From contig JAEOUH010000028.1 of assembly GCA_016839365.1 (NCBI GenBank), forward strand, positions 1 to 36,618: 36,618 bases of DNA. The letters are read 5' to 3'. The position numbers and the translations under genes were made by a program. This stretch comes from Candidatus Hermodarchaeota archaeon (lineage in GTDB: Archaea; Asgardarchaeota; Hermodarchaeia; Hermodarchaeales; Hermodarchaeaceae). Below, one piece after another: positions 35,814 to 36,618 of this stretch; the stretch's first letter is position 1, and every line of letters starts with the position of its first letter. The notes beneath the pieces are model-generated. The model worked only from the letters and a program-made list of their open reading frames with translations, did not search any database and had not been told where the DNA came from.

Positions 35814-36488
35814 TCAGCCTAGATGGTTGACAAACACGGTGTTCATGGTCGCAACAAGATCGTCGAGGGCAGAGCCGGGTTCTAGGAGGATGCCGTTTAA
35901 CCAGTTTTCATCACGAGATATAAAGTTCCAGTCAAAGGGATTGGTGGGATTTGGTGTGCCGGTATAGGTGCCATTGAGGAACACAATATGCCCTGTCGGG
36001 CTTTGTATCGTGAAGAGTTGAATCCAGGTCCCATCCGCATATAGAATGTCTAAGCCAAAGCCAACGGAGTACTGGAGATCATAGAGGGAGTCAGCGGAAG
36101 GCATGGTGGCGTTTAGTCCGGAATAGATGGCGTTGTTGATGTTTTGCACTTCGGCAAGAGTGGTGAGGAACCATGCTTCGTAGAATGTAATACTGCCAGG
36201 TCCCAGCGAGTCATTGAGGAAGGTGGCAGACACGTTCCATGCCCCTGCGAGATTCGGGATAAATAATGCGGCCATCAGTTCAGGATAGATGATATCAGAC
36301 GAATTGCCAAGGATTTGGACTGCTAGGATATCAGACGCTTTGTCTTCCATGAAGCTAGACAGAGCAGTGCCAGAGACTCCGTCATCAACCGGCGGACCAG
36401 GGATAAAGAAGCTGAAAATATAAGGAGATGCGAGAAGAAGGCCAAGTACGATTGGAATTGCTAACAGTCCTAACCATTTCTTATTCAT
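35814..36488 (-). CDS. Secreted/membrane-anchored hypothetical glycoprotein
   Basis: MNKKWLGLLAIPIVLGLLL signal/anchor behind GGGTGA SD; multiple NxS/T sequons (NSS, NVS, NDS, NAT, NGT). Confidence 0.8.
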   Translation of the reverse strand: MNKKWLGLLAIPIVLGLLLASPYIFSFFIPGPPVDDGVSGTALSSFMEDKASDILAVQILGNSSDIIYPELMAALFIPNLAGAWNVSATFLNDSLGPGSITFYEAWFLTTLAEVQNINNAIYSGLNATMPSADSLYDLQYSVGFGLDILYADGTWIQLFTIQSPTGHIVFLNGTYTGTPNPTNPFDWNFISRDENWLNGILLEPGSALDDLVATMNTVFVNHLG

Positions 36489-36618
36489 GAAACTCACCCT
36501 TTGAAACTCATTGGATTCTTTGCCTTGGTTGGTTATTATCCTATGGTTTTGAACACCTGATGATAAAGCGGACCAAGTTATATCCCCAACCGAAGCGGCA
36601 ATTCTCACTGTGATCTAC

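Noticed and set aside
1-36618. CRISPR array, transposase, integrase or att-site duplication of tRNA 3' ends
   Set aside because: No regularly spaced repeats, recombinase/transposase ORF or duplicated tRNA end noticed by eye.

Overview
Archaeal chromosomal window, best guess Asgard/TACK (inference from gene content, not a database result). 1-11.5 kb is a surface-glycosylation neighbourhood: NDP-sugar epimerase (partial), stand-alone rps19, secreted beta-propeller protein, FKBP PPIase, two GT4 glycosyltransferases, a flippase, a split DUF1616 pair, an NDP-sugar pyrophosphorylase and a small 2-TM protein with both PIG-P-like and DPM2-like motifs. 11.6-26.3 kb is a conserved translation/ribosome-biogenesis supercluster (nop2-nip7; rpl11-rpl1-rplP0-rpl12; spt5, secE, dtdA, argF, ftsY, pfdA, rplX, eIF6, rpl31e, rpl39e, PDCD5, rps19e, yhbY, rnp4, rpl37e, Sm). 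It includes five CCA-encoding tRNAs, three with BHB introns, two of them at non-canonical sites (22/23, 59/60). 26.3-33.1 kb holds PUA protein, sepF, trm5, DUF371, pcm, an NSUN6-like methyltransferase, PhzF-like protein and a 2-hydroxyacid dehydrogenase. 33.1-36.6 kb is accessory: a candidate ~200-nt rod-shaped ncRNA, two divergent micro-ORFs, a Zn-finger-GNAT fusion and a doubly frameshifted gene. Best leads are (1) the PIG-P/DPM2-like protein in a GT4/NDP-sugar locus, a possible archaeal precursor of the eukaryotic GPI-GnT / Dol-P-Man machinery; (2) the unannotated structured RNA; (3) two candidate replication-related sites. All family assignments come from motif recognition by eye.
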